From contig JADEYG010000007.1 of the NCBI GenBank assembly GCA_016906335.1, positions 620,001 to 684,000 on the forward strand: DNA of 64,000 bases, given 5' to 3'. Below, piece after piece: positions 13,414 through 26,735 of this stretch. Position 1 is the stretch's first letter; every line of letters starts with the position of its first letter. The notes under the pieces were generated by a model. It saw only the letters and a list, made by a program, of their open reading frames with translations. It did no database searches and was not told the origin of the DNA. The stretch is from Novakomyces olei. Its lineage: Eukaryota. The position numbers and the translations under genes are program-made.

Positions 13414-14430
13414 ATGTCTGGTGCGCTTCGCGCAATGGTGAGCTCACCGCGCGTACGGCACCAAGAAGCGAGTTTTTCGCTAGATTTGTCGTACATTACA
13501 CCGCGACTAATAGTGATGTCGATGCCAGCAGCTGCGTTCCCCGAAACAATGTACCGTAACCCCCTCGACCAAGTGGTAAAGTTTCTGAACCATAAGCACG
13601 ATGGCCATTGGTTTATTTTTGAGTTTAGGGCGGAGGGGACTGGTTACAATGATGCAGACTTCGAGGATAGGGTATTTCATTTTCCTTTCCCCGACCACAA
13701 TCCACCGCCTTTTCGTCTCTTTCAGCCAGCAACAGATCAGATTAAAGCCGTAATGGACAAATCACCAGAAAATGTAGCAGCGCTACATTGTAAGGCTGGC
13801 AAAGGCAGAAGCGGATCAATGGTTTGCGCTTACTTGATGGCCCATGAAGGCATGTCAAATGAGCAAGCACAAGCGCTGTTTTCCGCAAAACGAATGCGTA
13901 TAGGCAGAGGCGTTTCTATAAAAAGCCAAAGGCGGTATTTGCATTATTTTGAGCGGTATTTGAACAGCGGGAAACAGTATGTGCCGCTTGTATTCCAATT
14001 GGAAAAGCTGTGTGTTATGGCGCCCCGTAGTAGAACAACCCTGGCTATTGTCGGGTATGCAGACAATGGGCAGCGATTTGTAGAGCTGCATAATTTTGGC
14101 ATAATCAAAAAACAGGCCAAAGTCGATCTGCTACTGGAAACGCCGGTTGTTGTGAAAGAGGATGTGTGCATCTTTGCTGGCCTTGAAGCAGAGACACCGT
14201 TTGGCAAGCGTTTACACACGAATATGGCACATGTATGGTTTAATGCTTTTTTCGAAAGGCCCCATGATGAAGGCGTTGCTGAAGATATCGGGGACTTGCT
14301 TCGCTTTGACATTGAGTGGGACGCAATGGATGGTATTAAGGGATCAAACAAGCGAGGGCCCACCCTCCTTGACGGTCTAACCGTGTATTATAGAATATTA
14401 GGGGTCGACAAAAGCTTGCAAGACGGATAG
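13414..14430 (+). CDS. TEP1: PTEN-like phosphoinositide 3-phosphatase (Tep1/Ptn1)
   Basis: LDLSYIT, FPDHNPP, the HCKAGKGRSG P-loop and SQRRY. Confidence 0.9.
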   Translation: MSGALRAMVSSPRVRHQEASFSLDLSYITPRLIVMSMPAAAFPETMYRNPLDQVVKFLNHKHDGHWFIFEFRAEGTGYNDADFEDRVFHFPFPDHNPPPFRLFQPATDQIKAVMDKSPENVAALHCKAGKGRSGSMVCAYLMAHEGMSNEQAQALFSAKRMRIGRGVSIKSQRRYLHYFERYLNSGKQYVPLVFQLEKLCVMAPRSRTTLAIVGYADNGQRFVELHNFGIIKKQAKVDLLLETPVVVKEDVCIFAGLEAETPFGKRLHTNMAHVWFNAFFERPHDEGVAEDIGDLLRFDIEWDAMDGIKGSNKRGPTLLDGLTVYYRILGVDKSLQDG

Positions 14431-14534
14431 ATGCGTCCAGTCTGTTTAGTTTATGATATTGTGGTTATGATGCTTATGAATATACCTGCTTTTGTCACAT
14501 TGCTATTAGGTTCCTAGCCGACATATGGCCTATG

Positions 14535-14535
14535 T

Positions 14536-14578
<43 letters not shown>

Positions 14579-14612
14579 TTTGTTTATTTATTTATTTATT
14601 TATTTATTTATT
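14535..14612. repeat. (TTTA)n microsatellite
   Basis: Read directly; lies between convergent gene ends. Confidence 0.9.
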
Positions 14613-14630
14613 TCTCCGTCAAGGTCATTG

Positions 14631-16295
14631 TCAATTGCTATCAGGAACTTCCACCATGTCAGTGCCACCAGCGTTTGCAATTTGTTCATCATCGTCGATT
14701 GAGATTACAGATTTTTCTCGTTTAGATGCAGTGTTTGAAGCCTTCTTATACTCGATGATTTGCTTTCTTTCCGGCACTGAATAGTCAAGTTCCCATCTTA
14801 AGGGTATCATCCTCCGCCAAGCTCTATCTTCCACATCATCCCCACCGTCCAGCGACACATTAGCCATCAGTCCGCCTGAGCTTGTCTGAATCCGTTCTGT
14901 TTCACGACGTAATAGATCACAAAATTTGTCCAGGTCCAGATCTTTTAATAGTCCTTTATGAAACAGCATCTGGTTCCTGGCGTATGATTTACTGCAAACG
15001 GATCTTCCGCGTCCGTTTTGTGAATATATTCGCCATAAACTCAACTCCTCCAAAGCGGAAAGAGCATCGTCTACAAAGTCTGAGATTTCCTCGGCTGTGT
15101 CCTCTCCATCATCAAACGTTCCGTCTTGTGATTCTGTTTGTGAAAAATTCTCAAAGATTGTATCACTACATTGTGAGGAGGCGTCTAGGCTCTGCTCTTT
15201 AGCATTTACATTCTCTGAATCTTTCTCGGAGCCCTCCGCATTCTTATCTGCAGCGTTAGTCGTTCTTTTTGAGTCTCCACGAAGCGACCGTCGCTGAGTA
15301 ATTTCGTCCCTCAACCGTAGCCAATATGCAGAGGGATGTTTTGCCGTGTCAAAACCTGCAAGATCCCTGGAATCCAGCACATCCTGCTGTGTTATTTCGT
15401 ATGGCTGTTCGCGTCCGTTTAAAGAATACTTTATGTTTTGTAGACTCGCCGACGAGGAAACTAGTTTTGTAACAATAAAGCGAACTGCGTCATAAAGAAA
15501 AGCGAAAAGCTCTCGGGACAAGTGTAAAGAACACGGTGGAGAGTCTTCAATTACACGTACAACATTTGCAACAAAAAGCGCCTTTTTGTATTTTATTAGA
15601 GCGTCCATATCACTAGTCTCCTGATCCAATGCGACGGGTGGGCAGCAGCGTCTAAAGCGGGAATCTTGCATTCGAGCCATGCGCAGTGACTCGTGCTCTT
15701 CGATCCTGATCCAAGCATCGGATACTTCACGGGCAGCCGGCAGATGGTAAGCCATTAAAGGTGTGAGTCGTGCCTGTGCCTCGCTGTGTAGTAATTGCAC
15801 GTAAGCGGCAACTTCCACAGGCGACTTTGTGCCAATGTACTCGGCCACCGCCTCTGGTGCAAAGCGCGAGTACCGTCGAAGCCCAGCAAATAATTTTTCT
15901 TTTTCCTTTGCTGTCCAGTAGACGCCTGCAGCTATACAGTCTTCTAAAGTCCCACCTTCACTATACTCTTCACTGCCGTTGCCATTGTCGCTGCCGTTGC
16001 CGTTGCCATGTTCATCTCGAGACAGAGGCACCGGCTGCGGTTGAAACAGCTGATCAATCAGGGCAGACTCTTTAGGGTCAACTGACCGCCTTAATAAAGT
16101 GACTAGATCTTGAGTAGTACTTAAACACTCGTTCCGTGCCGTGCTAAAAAGGCGGCCGTACCTACAGACTCGCTGCGAATAGGGTTTACTGCGACGCACT
16201 GCGTCTAAAGGCCGTGAAACTTTTGCGTATTTTGGTCCTGACGCGCTTCGACAAAGTACTTTGCGCTCATATTTACCACCATAAGCATTGCGCAT
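14631..16295 (-). CDS. SANT/Myb-domain protein, probable RNA polymerase I UAF subunit Rrn5-like
   Basis: WTAKEKEKLFAGLRRYSR...IGTKSPVEVAAYVQLL followed by LPAAREVSDAWI, the pattern of fungal Rrn5-like proteins. Start uncertain. Confidence 0.65.
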   Translation of the reverse strand: MRNAYGGKYERKVLCRSASGPKYAKVSRPLDAVRRSKPYSQRVCRYGRLFSTARNECLSTTQDLVTLLRRSVDPKESALIDQLFQPQPVPLSRDEHGNGNGSDNGNGSEEYSEGGTLEDCIAAGVYWTAKEKEKLFAGLRRYSRFAPEAVAEYIGTKSPVEVAAYVQLLHSEAQARLTPLMAYHLPAAREVSDAWIRIEEHESLRMARMQDSRFRRCCPPVALDQETSDMDALIKYKKALFVANVVRVIEDSPPCSLHLSRELFAFLYDAVRFIVTKLVSSSASLQNIKYSLNGREQPYEITQQDVLDSRDLAGFDTAKHPSAYWLRLRDEITQRRSLRGDSKRTTNAADKNAEGSEKDSENVNAKEQSLDASSQCSDTIFENFSQTESQDGTFDDGEDTAEEISDFVDDALSALEELSLWRIYSQNGRGRSVCSKSYARNQMLFHKGLLKDLDLDKFCDLLRRETERIQTSSGGLMANVSLDGGDDVEDRAWRRMIPLRWELDYSVPERKQIIEYKKASNTASKREKSVISIDDDEQIANAGGTDMVEVPDSN

Positions 16296-16474
16296 CTCGT
16301 GAGTCACGTGCGGCGCGACAATTGAATTGCGATAAAAGACGAAAAATCTACATGTCCCGGTCTTCCATTGCTACGAATGCTCTTTGAGAACACGCAGAGT
16401 TAATACACTCCTTCATCAGCGCCAGTGTTCAATCTCTTTGTTCAGGCACTAGTTAATAAAAATAATATTCTACT

Positions 16475-17180
16475 TTGATAATTTATTTATTTATTTTTTA
16501 TATTTTTTTATATATTTTTGTTTATATATTTTGTTTATATTTTATATTTTATATTTATATTTTATATTTTATATTTTATATTTATATTTTATATTTGTAT
16601 ATTTTTATATTTTTTTATTTTTTTATTTTTATATTTTTTTATTTTTATATTTTTATATTTGTATATTTGTATATTTGTATATTTGTATATTTTTTTATTT
16701 TTTTATTTTTTTATTTTTATATTTTTATATTTTTATATTTTTATATTTTTTTTATATATTTTGTTTATATTTTATATTTTATATTTATATTTTATATTTT
16801 ATATTTTATATTTTATATTTTATATTTTATATTTTTATATTTTTATATTTTTATATTTTTATATTTTTATATTTGTATATTTGTATATTTGTATATTTGT
16901 ATATTTTTATATTTTTTTATTTTTTTATTTTTATATTTTTTTATTTTTTTATTTTTATATTTTTATATTTTTATATTTTTATATTTGTATATTTGTATAT
17001 TTTTATGTTTTTATATTTTTATATTTTTTTATTTTTATACTTTTATACTTTTATATTTTTATATTTTTATATTTTCATATTTTTATATTTTTATATTTTT
17101 CATTTTTTTCATTTTTTTTTAATTTTTAATTTTAACTGCATTCTTTTTTTATTTTTATTTTTATTTTTGCTATTTTAATT
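16475..17180. repeat. ~700-bp strand-asymmetric T-rich low-complexity tract
   Basis: Degenerate TTTTTATA / TTTGTATA / TTTTATA units with almost no C. Confidence 0.92.
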
Positions 17181-17564
17181 TCTTTTCCCTTCTCTGTTTA
17201 CCTTTTAATTCAAGTATTAATTCAATTTTTTGCAATATCCATCTAGCCCTTACTTTTCATCTGATTATTTACAGACTGCTCTCGGTTTTCGTGTTTATAG
17301 TATAACACATGACTAATATCGTACTAATCATTTTTCCATTATATTCAGTAATTAACTCTTGATTTTCTATTGTTTACAGAATACATCATACAGTACGTTT
17401 GCCAATTTGTGAGTAAACACGTTCGTTCATTAGACGCCGAGCTCGTTCGCCAATAAGGAATTTGCAGTCACAAAAAGACGCGTTACCCGCTTGATTAAGC
17501 TATTTTCTCTTGGAGCAGTTGAGAAGGCAGCGTACTCGTCTGGGCGTGGCGCGCTTCGAGGGCA

Positions 17565-20500
17565 ATGTCCGCACAAGATGCAGACTATTTGCTTCAATTA
17601 CTGCGGCAGCCGAGCGAAGGTAAGAGAGATAGCATACTGGCTCTTGAACGTGCTAATACTTTTAGAAAATGATAGAAAAGTGGAGCTTTTGTTACAGCTA
17701 AAAGCGCGTTTCAAGCGAGAACGTGTGGACGAAGACGCTCTCGTACAATTCTTGCGGGCGTTTATCGTTGGTTTACAGTCACCGAATGCTCAGATTTTGG
17801 GAGCTACGCTTCAGTGTTTAGGTCATTTTTTCAAACGATTGAGTTTTCAGCCAAACATGAGTTTACCGCGCGCTAATCACGCAACACTATCGCACATGAT
17901 TGCCAGTAAGCTGGGAGAAAAGGATAGAATAGCAGACGCTGCCGGAACAGCACTGCTGGAACTATGGAAACTAGCGCCTCAGGCAGTCGAATTTGAGATG
18001 AAAGAGGCAGGATTTCAGAGCAGGCAATGGCGAGCACGGCAGCGTTCCCTCGTCTGGCTACATAAACTTCGATCTCATCGGCCTGACTTACCCATCCGAG
18101 GTTACACGCCCTACATCGTTTCTTGTTTGGAGGATACGTCTGAAGTTGTTCGGGAGCTGTCTCACGCTGTAGCATGCGAGCTTTTTCGGTACTGCTTTTT
18201 AGCTCTTTTTCATTTCGTTTTATTGTATTGTTTTTTTTTTAAAATTAATATTTCACTTATATTTCAATCTGTGCAAATTTCTAACAGCCTAGTGACGCGT
18301 CTGACGCGGCTAAAACTGATCTAAAGCATCAGATGATCAGATCAGGCGTACGAAAGTCAATTTTCCAATCTGTTCTTCGGGAGATCGGAGTAGATGACGA
18401 GGCATCCGCACCGCCAGCTCCTATCGAGCCGCGTAGTTCTATGCAGAGCATGCTCGTGCCGATTAAAGACGAGGATGACGAAAAGCGTCCACCGTCAATA
18501 AGGCATAAATCAAGCAGAAGCATGTCCGAAAGTGTCCCTGCTAGTACGGCATCTACGCATGTGGCTAGTTTGGTTGGAGTAGAGATGGAGCCTATGGACC
18601 CGTCTACGGTTTCCGGTTCTCGAGACCTGGAGAGTCAGATCTTGAGCATGGAGCCGGCTTTCAAAGGCCGTGAGACTGAAGAAAACTGGGGCCAACGCGA
18701 GAAGAGCATTATCTTGTTACGTCGTCTTGTACGGGGAAATGCTGTGCGTGAACATAATGCATTGCTTGTAGATCTCATTCGTCAGAGTCTTGACGGCATT
18801 ATTAAAGCAGTAAGTTTTTAAATTCACATCAAATCAATAACGTAACTAATTATCCAGCTCAACTCTTTACGCACTACCCTTTCACTGCACGCCTGCTACC
18901 TTATAAAGGAGCTGGCCATCGTGTTTGGGCCTCAAATGGATTTCGCAGCAGACATTTTCCTGACTAATTTAGTTCGGGCGACGGCAGTGACGAAAAAGAT
19001 CATGTCAAATGCGGCCAACGTTTCAACCGCCGTTTTATTCTCAAAGCTCTCTTTTACCGCAAAAATGGTAAACTATATATGGACTGCTGCTCAGGATAAG
19101 AACATACAGCCCAGGCAGTACGCTTCTCTGTGGATCTCCGTTCTGCTAGAGTCCCATGCTGATTCCAGTGCTTACGTTGAGTCCTCTGGCGGTATCCAAT
19201 TAATCGAAAAATCATTACAGAAGCTTTTGGCTGATGCCAATGTTACGGTTAGGGAGAAGGCGAGAGAGGCTTACTGGGTACTTGGCGCCTTTTTCCCGGC
19301 ACGAGCAGAGGATCTGATGTCTCAATTGGATGTCAATGTTCGCAAGCAGCTTTCAAAGTCTTCATCCTCCAACTCACAAGCGAGCCTAGCGCGGAAGCCG
19401 AGCCAGGCTGCGTTCAACTATGAACCACAGACGTTGACGAAAAAGCCAAGCAGTACTACAGTACCCAGCATGAAATCCCTCAATACTCCTCATAAAAAGA
19501 GCGACTCAATGGGCTCACGTTTAGGGCTAGCCTCTGGGGCGGTTCGTCGAGGCCTGGCTTCAGCTCAGCAACGCTCAGCTTCAGCGGCAGTACTGGAAAG
19601 GCCTCAAAGCTCTCTTTCTTCATCCTCCAAGAGACAGCAAGACTCTCCATCTTTGCGTTCTCGAACACCAAAAGCGGGCGACAATGATGATAATGATCAT
19701 GATTATAATAAGACTAATGCCGGCAGCATGAGCTCTTCAAAGCAGTCTCCTCGTCCCTTGTTCTCACCGACGTCGGATAACGCTCCCCCGACAATGCTAG
19801 CAGCATCATTGAATGGTAGAAAGCAGCCGGTAACAATTCGGCGGATCACTATAGCAGACCAACTTCGGCATACTGATGCCTCTGTTCGAGCAGACGGAGT
19901 TGTTGCTCTTGTTTGTGCAATGCTGGGCAAGCCTGCTTCTAAAACTGCTGAACTGCCTTCGGCGGATGCGATAGTGACCCTGCTCCAATCTATTGTCCAT
20001 GACCCTGAGCCGAGTGTGACTGTGCAACTGTTTGCACCTGAAGTCTTTCCAGAGATTATTAAAGTTATTCCCTTGGAAACGCTTGTCCCTAAGCTGCTTT
20101 TAATGAGCGAAGGCGGTTCGTCAAGTGTGTTAAACGGCTCTGAAAAATCAGACTCAAACTTGCATATGGCAAAGGAGTGCTTGCCTCTAGCGAAGGCTCA
20201 ATTATCCGCGCCTGAAACAGCAGAAACTCTGTTTAATGTGCTCATAAAAGTATCAAGTTCCGGAGTAGTGCCTCGTAAAATGACGGATTCCCGATTCACA
20301 ACACCGCAAAAGAGGCTAATAATGCACGGTCTGCTTGCGTGGATGGACGAGTTGATGTCTGCTCATTTAGAAGCAATGCAAAACGGAGAATCAGGCAATA
20401 CTTATTTCCGAGAGGTGAGCAATTACAAGTTGTATGTCAATCGCATCGTGCCCTTGATAACGAAAACAAAATCTGAATCCCAGAACTATGTGCCAATGGC

Positions 20501-22493
20501 GACTGTGCTGCGGAAACTGGAGTCTATGGACAATGCTACCTTCCACAAAGTATTGGCAACGTTTGAACAGGGGACAGTAAGAAGGCTCAAGGAGGCCTGG
20601 GGATGTAGTATGGAAGACGAGTCGCCAGGTCTTGCACCAATTGAGCCAGTGGCAACAGTGGAAAGCGTGCTGGGCGAGATTCCACTAGTAGAGCCTTTAA
20701 CCGAGCGCAATGGCTTAGATTTTGGAGGAGAAAATAATAGTAGATTTGTACATGTTGGGCCAACTGGAAAGACTGTTGAGCAGATTGAAAAGGAGAATGG
20801 ACTTGATCAGAATCGCGAAGAGATGGAGAAAGCGAGCGAAGAAAATAAAAGAGTCAGCCAAAGAACGGAGCAGTCTAGATTTGGTGATGTGCATGGTCAG
20901 ACCCAGGCAGATACTTTTGTGGAAAATGAAGAGGAAGCGACTGCTCAGCAAAATCTTACAAAACCGTCAGAGATCACAGAATCCCCTCATCAAGGCGCTG
21001 GTAAAACTACCAGTGCAGTCCCAGTGGCGGGCTCTGTTTCAGAGCGAACAGACTCTCCTGAATCTAGTTCCGCAACGAACGCAGTACAAATAGAACCCAA
21101 GGCGCCAAAAGAACCAGCTTTCTACGCTGACCAGTCATTGTCAGACGATGATGAAAGCGGCTTTGGTGACCATGAAAACATGACAATGATCCCAGCCGTA
21201 TTTGAGCAAATGAGCTTGCAAGAGCAAATTAGCGTACAAAGTGTTGAGTCAAACGGCAGTAGAAAAGGCTTTTCTCCAGCTCATAAAAAGCAGCCTGCGA
21301 AAGTCTTGGAGAGGGACAGATTGCTTCCGCACCGGCCGGCACCAAAGATCCCTGATGTTGCTCGACTGGAGACGGAGAATAAGCCTGAGCTTGCCTCGCG
21401 GCCACACACCAGAGTGTTTGACACTCTCTGTGACTTGAACCAAGACAAGGAGAATAGCGTTAAAGTCAGAAACGAAGATTATAAAGAAGATACGATTCAC
21501 AAAGCTGAATTTGAGGCCAGGACAGAACAGGACACTGATTTTGATCATGGACTTTGCCAAGACCAAGCGCAAGGCCGATTGGACACTGAAAATTCCGGTA
21601 AAAATCAAGAATCAAATGCCGCTCGACTCTATCGCCTGCCTGAAACTCCTCCGCCAGTAACGTTTGTTACTGCTGCCAATTCGCGTCCGAACTCTCAGCT
21701 TCTTTTTAGCAATACTGATACAAACAAGCCAGTCAACGGCCAATGGAGCCCGTTGCCTAATAGTGCTGAGGCTCTACAAAATTCGCTTGATTCGATGATT
21801 GCCAAGATAGAATCTGGTCCGAGTGATGCCTTTAATCTACGCAAACTTTCACGATTATCAAAGGAGACGGCACGTGATTCCGCGTCTATTTGGACGGACG
21901 AGACTATGCAACGTTTAATAGTCGCAGTCTCGCACGCACTTGAAGCGCAAATGTGTCCAATGCCCCACTTGTACAATGTAATGATCTTGTTGCGACATAT
22001 TATTCACAATCAATGGACGCAATTTTCACCAAACGCTGCCCGCGTTTTCAAAACCATATTGGATATAAGAAGGAGGGAAGCACCGGCGTCCGTTATTTCC
22101 GGAATTGATGAGACTTTATTCGATCTAGCGAGCAAAATGACTCCCGCGGCCGTTATGGATTGCACTCTAGATTACTTACAGGCCAATGTGGAGCACAAGG
22201 CAAAGTACCACAATGCACATATAGTTTTGGCCTTTGAGGCAACTTGTCTTGCGGCTAAGAGTATGGAGGCACCTGAGGCTCGCTCCACTCTTGCTCTATT
22301 TGCTCAAATTTTTTTGCGGGCGCTCGAGGCAAGGGACGCTGAAGTAAGGCACGCAGCTGTTGGTCTTTGTGTAACCCTGATGAAAGTTATACAGGAGACA
22401 AAGTTTGCCTTTGATACGCTCAAGGGGTTGTCTAGGGAAAAGAGGGAATTACTGACCTTGTACTACATGCGAGAACGGGGGATGAGTTATTGA
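17565..22493 (+). CDS. STU1: CLASP-family microtubule-associated protein Stu1/Peg1
   Basis: CLASP_N motifs FKGRETEENWGQRE, NSLRTTLS, DKNIQPR and LADANVTVRE. Exons approx. 17565-17619, 17666-18188, 18288-18809 and 18858-22493. Confidence 0.9.
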
Positions 22494-22869
22494 TGGATTG
22501 GAAATTGGGTTTACTTCTTGTCTTTAATTTCACCATTTTTGTTCTTTGCTTTTGTTCATTTAACAGTAGGTTTCGTTTAGTTTATACTTTTATCCAGCCT
22601 ATACCTAGTACTCGGATATGCGAGTCTTACGGGTAATTTTGTACATACAAGACATATATTAATATACTACGCTGCTGAGCGCATTCATAATGTGCGTTTA
22701 AATGCTCAAAATTGCTTTCAAGTCAGGTCCTTGATGATAAAAGCGTCTTTAAGAATCAAGAGTCCATGGAACAAATATGTAACTCTGCGCTTTGAGCGCG
22801 TAATAATTCAATTGGACTTGAACAGGTTAGTGCCGGTCGGAGTCAGTACTCAAAGACAGTGCGAGACGC

Positions 22870-23244
22870 TTAGTGAGGAGCCTTAAACTGCGACTCATCT
22901 CCGCCCTATACGTTAATTAGTAAACGAGTAGAGGATCGGTGTATGTAAATAACGCTTACCCAAAGCTTCGATTTCGCCCGGGTGCCTTTGATTACAGTCG
23001 TATTGGCATCAGCATAACTCGCCACGCCGGCAATAATGAATGCAGAAATTCCGGCCCAGATCATAGTGTTGCGCTTCCACGCTGCGGGTTGACCCCACCA
23101 GCCGCCTTTTCCGTTAGACCAAAAGCCGTGAATAAAATGGAAGAAAGATTACCTGCCGGCGACCACACGTGTCGGGGGAAAGGAAACTGCCCACCACTCT
23201 TTACAAAGTCAATAAACCTATACTGTAATTGCCGTCCTTACCAT
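22870..23244 (-). CDS. 76-aa single-TM protein, probable mitochondrial complex I accessory subunit (NUUM-like; 4 exons, not in ORF track)
   Basis: Spliced product: MSGGQFPFPRHVWSPAGGWWGQPAAWKRNTMIWAGISAFIIAGVASYADANTTVIKGTRAKSKLWGGDESQFKAPH*. The PxPxHVWSPAGGW...W family motif was recognised from memory. Exon 1 is the ATG alone. Confidence 0.8.
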
Positions 23245-23582
23245 GATCAATTGAGTATCGTAAGGCAAACGTCTATTATATGAAGGTCGTAAGGCCTCTA
23301 TACCGAATATTTGTTTTATTAATACTATGAGCGATACACGAGCAGCCTATGATATCGCAATAATTCAATTCTCAAGTATTCTCAATATTCAGTCAATATT
23401 CACAATATTCATACAAATATATCAATGTTATTTTGTTATATTAAGTATGGGGCAGAATATATACTGCATTTTTCACGATATTTTTTTACGTACCTGCATA
23501 CAATATTTCAGTCGGTATACACAGATATAGAGTGCTAAACTTATCAGATAAATTTGACAAAAAAAAATCTAAACTGCAGGTC

Positions 23583-24753
23583 ATGATATCAGTACGGCAG
23601 TGGCCGCGGCTCTCTGCCGCAGGTCCTGTGCGTCAATGCTTTTGCCAGCGGAGAGGTTTGTCTACATTCGATTCGAGTGTATTGCAGGTTCCTAATTCTT
23701 TAGGCATTTACAGCGCAAAGCGATATCCCCGGCTCGGAGACTTGGATACGGACGCAATAATTCAGGACATGGCCAATAGCCCTAAAGTCGCAGCTCTAAA
23801 TGCACGATTAAATCTCTCTTTACCAAAAACGACAATCGCTCAAGTCTTGATCGATCGTTCTGTCCTGGAAAACAGAGCTCACACTAACGCACAATTGGCG
23901 TCGTTGGGAAATGCTGTTTCCAAATATCTAACACACGAATACGTACTCGCGCGCTGGCCGCGGCTGCCGGACGTGATTGTTCGGGAAGCTGTTTCCGCTT
24001 TTTCCGGAACCCGGTCAATGGCACGTCTCGTGAAGAGCTGGGGCGTTGAGCTCGGACTGCCTGCACAAAATCATTTGGGCCGATTGCTTTTCGCTCGCGT
24101 GCGGGCGGGCTTGCAACGTGATCAACAGACTGCCTACGCTGAAGAAGCCTTATCTCAAATGGGCAAGGCTCTGATTGGTGCGATACAGCTTCACAAGGTG
24201 CGTACATTTTTTTAATTTTTTAATTTTGTTTAATTTAATTTATTTTATTTATTTATTTTATTTTATTTTATTTTATTTTATTCGGATTAATTTTTGTTTT
24301 CCGCGTTTGCATTTTCTCAGTACTGCATTTACTGACCGACAGGGCTTTGATGAGGCAAGAAAATTTGTTTACGATCATTTGCTATCACAGCAACTCGATA
24401 TCAACAAGCTGGTAGCCATCTCTGATCCTATTCGGCAACTGGCACGGCTTTGCTCTCGTGAGGGCTTTGAACGGCCAGTCATGCGGATGATGGCAGAAAC
24501 AGGACGGCGGTCGAGTCGGCCAGTTTTCTTGATTGGCATTTATATAAAGAATGAGCTTGTTGCTCAAGGAGAAGGCGCAAGTATTAAGGAGGCTCATTAC
24601 CGCGCGGCCAGTAATGCCATGCGGAGTTGGTATTTGTATGAGCAGAGCGATGCTGTTGTGCCAAGCTCTACATTTTGCAGTCCGGACGCATCTGGCTCAA
24701 ATGGAAAGCCTTTCCGGCCTTTGCTGATAGATCATGGGGACATTGTGATTTAA
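23583..24753 (+). CDS. MRPL3: Mitochondrial ribosomal protein mL44 (RNase III-like plus dsRBD)
   Basis: NAQLASLGN, WPRLP, ETGRRSSRPVFLIG and GEGASIKEA; intron 24198-24342. Confidence 0.88.
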
Positions 24754-25071
24754 ATGTCTAATATTCACAATAATAGTTAAAAAATTAAACTGTAATGAAG
24801 TGAATTAACATATGAAATTAGGCAAAGCCAGTCAACTATGTTTATGAATGTAAGTTTGCATTTGAAAGCAAAACGTGTACTGGTCTGTAAGAGCATGATT
24901 CTCCTTCTAGGCGCAAGGCTCTACAATGAATACGCCGCTTATTTAGAGTGATAAGAAAAGAGGCTATCCGTTTACAGTGCTAGTCCCCAGTGACGACGGC
25001 GTTTAGACTTTGCTTGTCTCTTTAATTTAATTTCTTTTATTTTATTTATCTTATTACACATCAGACTATAA

Positions 25072-26479
25072 TCAGTCGAAAGCCTCAATTTTAAAATCTT
25101 CCTTGCGTAACCGCTTAATTTCATCGGCTCGTCGTTCATAGTCATAATCTAAAAAGAACCGCACTGTACCCCGATCACCAAGTTTTGTGATCGCCTGAGC
25201 CCGTTGACGTGGATCCAAGTCCGTGTGCTGCTGCTCCATCGGCAGTGTTGGGCCGCGAACCGCGGTGCCCACCGGTGGGCCTTGATCAGGCCGTCCCAAG
25301 GTCTTGTAGAGCTCAATCCGCATATTAATAAAATCCTCATGACGAAACTGCATTCCGAGAATACTAGACTGCTTGCTGTGAATGTATAATTCAAATAGAT
25401 CGTCAAGCGCAACGAAAATGTGATCAGAATTAGGGTAAAATTTCCTTAAATCTATAAGTCCCCGTTTATTTATCAGAGCAACAAGAGTGATACAAGCACA
25501 AGCGAGCGCTTGTGCTCCAACTTTGAGGGGTGAGAGTGTCCGGTAGCTGTCAATTGCCGCCATCCAAACTGTGTGCGATTCGTCCATAGACCCTGTATAC
25601 TATTAGACTCTTTTCCTTTACACGGCCCGACTCACATTTCTGTTCGCGTGTATACTTTATCACATACTTGAAGGCATGCTGCTGCCTAAAGTCAAAGCTC
25701 ACGCATTCCAAAATCATCCGCTCTAGACCAATAATACGTCGCCTTTGCTCTTCGAATGCCTGATTTTGTAAGCAATGGAGCATTCGAGGAAATTGAAACA
25801 AGGCCAACAATGATAGTGAAGACAACGACAACGAATAAAATACTGCTAATAAAATACTGGGAACAAAATACTGCCTTACACTTGACTCTAGGCTCGGTGG
25901 GTCACGGCCCGGGTATCTTAGCGCAAATCCGGCCAGCATTATATCTCTAATCTTTTTCGGGGTATCTTCCATTTTGCAGGAAACGAAAAGGCAAGCGGCA
26001 CAAACGTCCTGGGACATTAACATCATATGGGCTTCCTCTGTCACTTACATAGTTCGAAAAGTCAGCGATAGGGTAAGTTAAATGAAACCGATGGTAAAGA
26101 ACCATTGCTGTAGACGCTGTCCTCGCAGGGCTGTCGTTAGATTACATTGTCTCAAACAAAAAAAAAAAAGCAACAATTGAACAAAATTCAAGCCTAAAAA
26201 AATGGAGAAAAAGATCAGATTTTTGGGTTTCAATTACAATCTTATTTCGTTGGCCATGGCCAGAGTGTAAGCTGAAGCTTGTAGCTCTGTAGATAGTTCC
26301 TTTGCCTTTGTCCAGTTACCGCGCAACGAGTCACGAGTCCGCTCTAGCAATTCTGGTTTAATATAAGGCTGCGCAATTTGTAATGCTAGAGAACATCCTG
26401 CCGTCGCTTGCTCGGCCGCCGCACCAGGACTCGCTGGTGTATGCGGCGTTGACCTGCGAGGCGATGATGCTCGCGACAT
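25072..26479 (-). CDS. CTK2: CTD kinase cyclin (Ctk2/Lsc1-like), multi-exon
   Basis: Cyclin box AACLFVSCKMEDTPKK, ERMILECVSFDF and the C-terminal GDRGTVRFFLD. Confidence 0.8.
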
Positions 26480-26544
26480 GAATTCATGTATTATCCAGCA
26501 GAGCCTTTAATAGATTAATTAATATTCAAGCGAAAAAAAAGTAA

Positions 26545-26725
<181 letters not shown>

Positions 26726-26735
26726 TAGACTCAGT

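Noticed and set aside
16475..17178. Three ORFs over 200 aa rich in F/Y/I/L, and similar poly-N/Y/L/I ORFs at 10064-10395, 26519-26851 and 60645-60836
   Set aside because: They are translations of microsatellites that lack stop codons.
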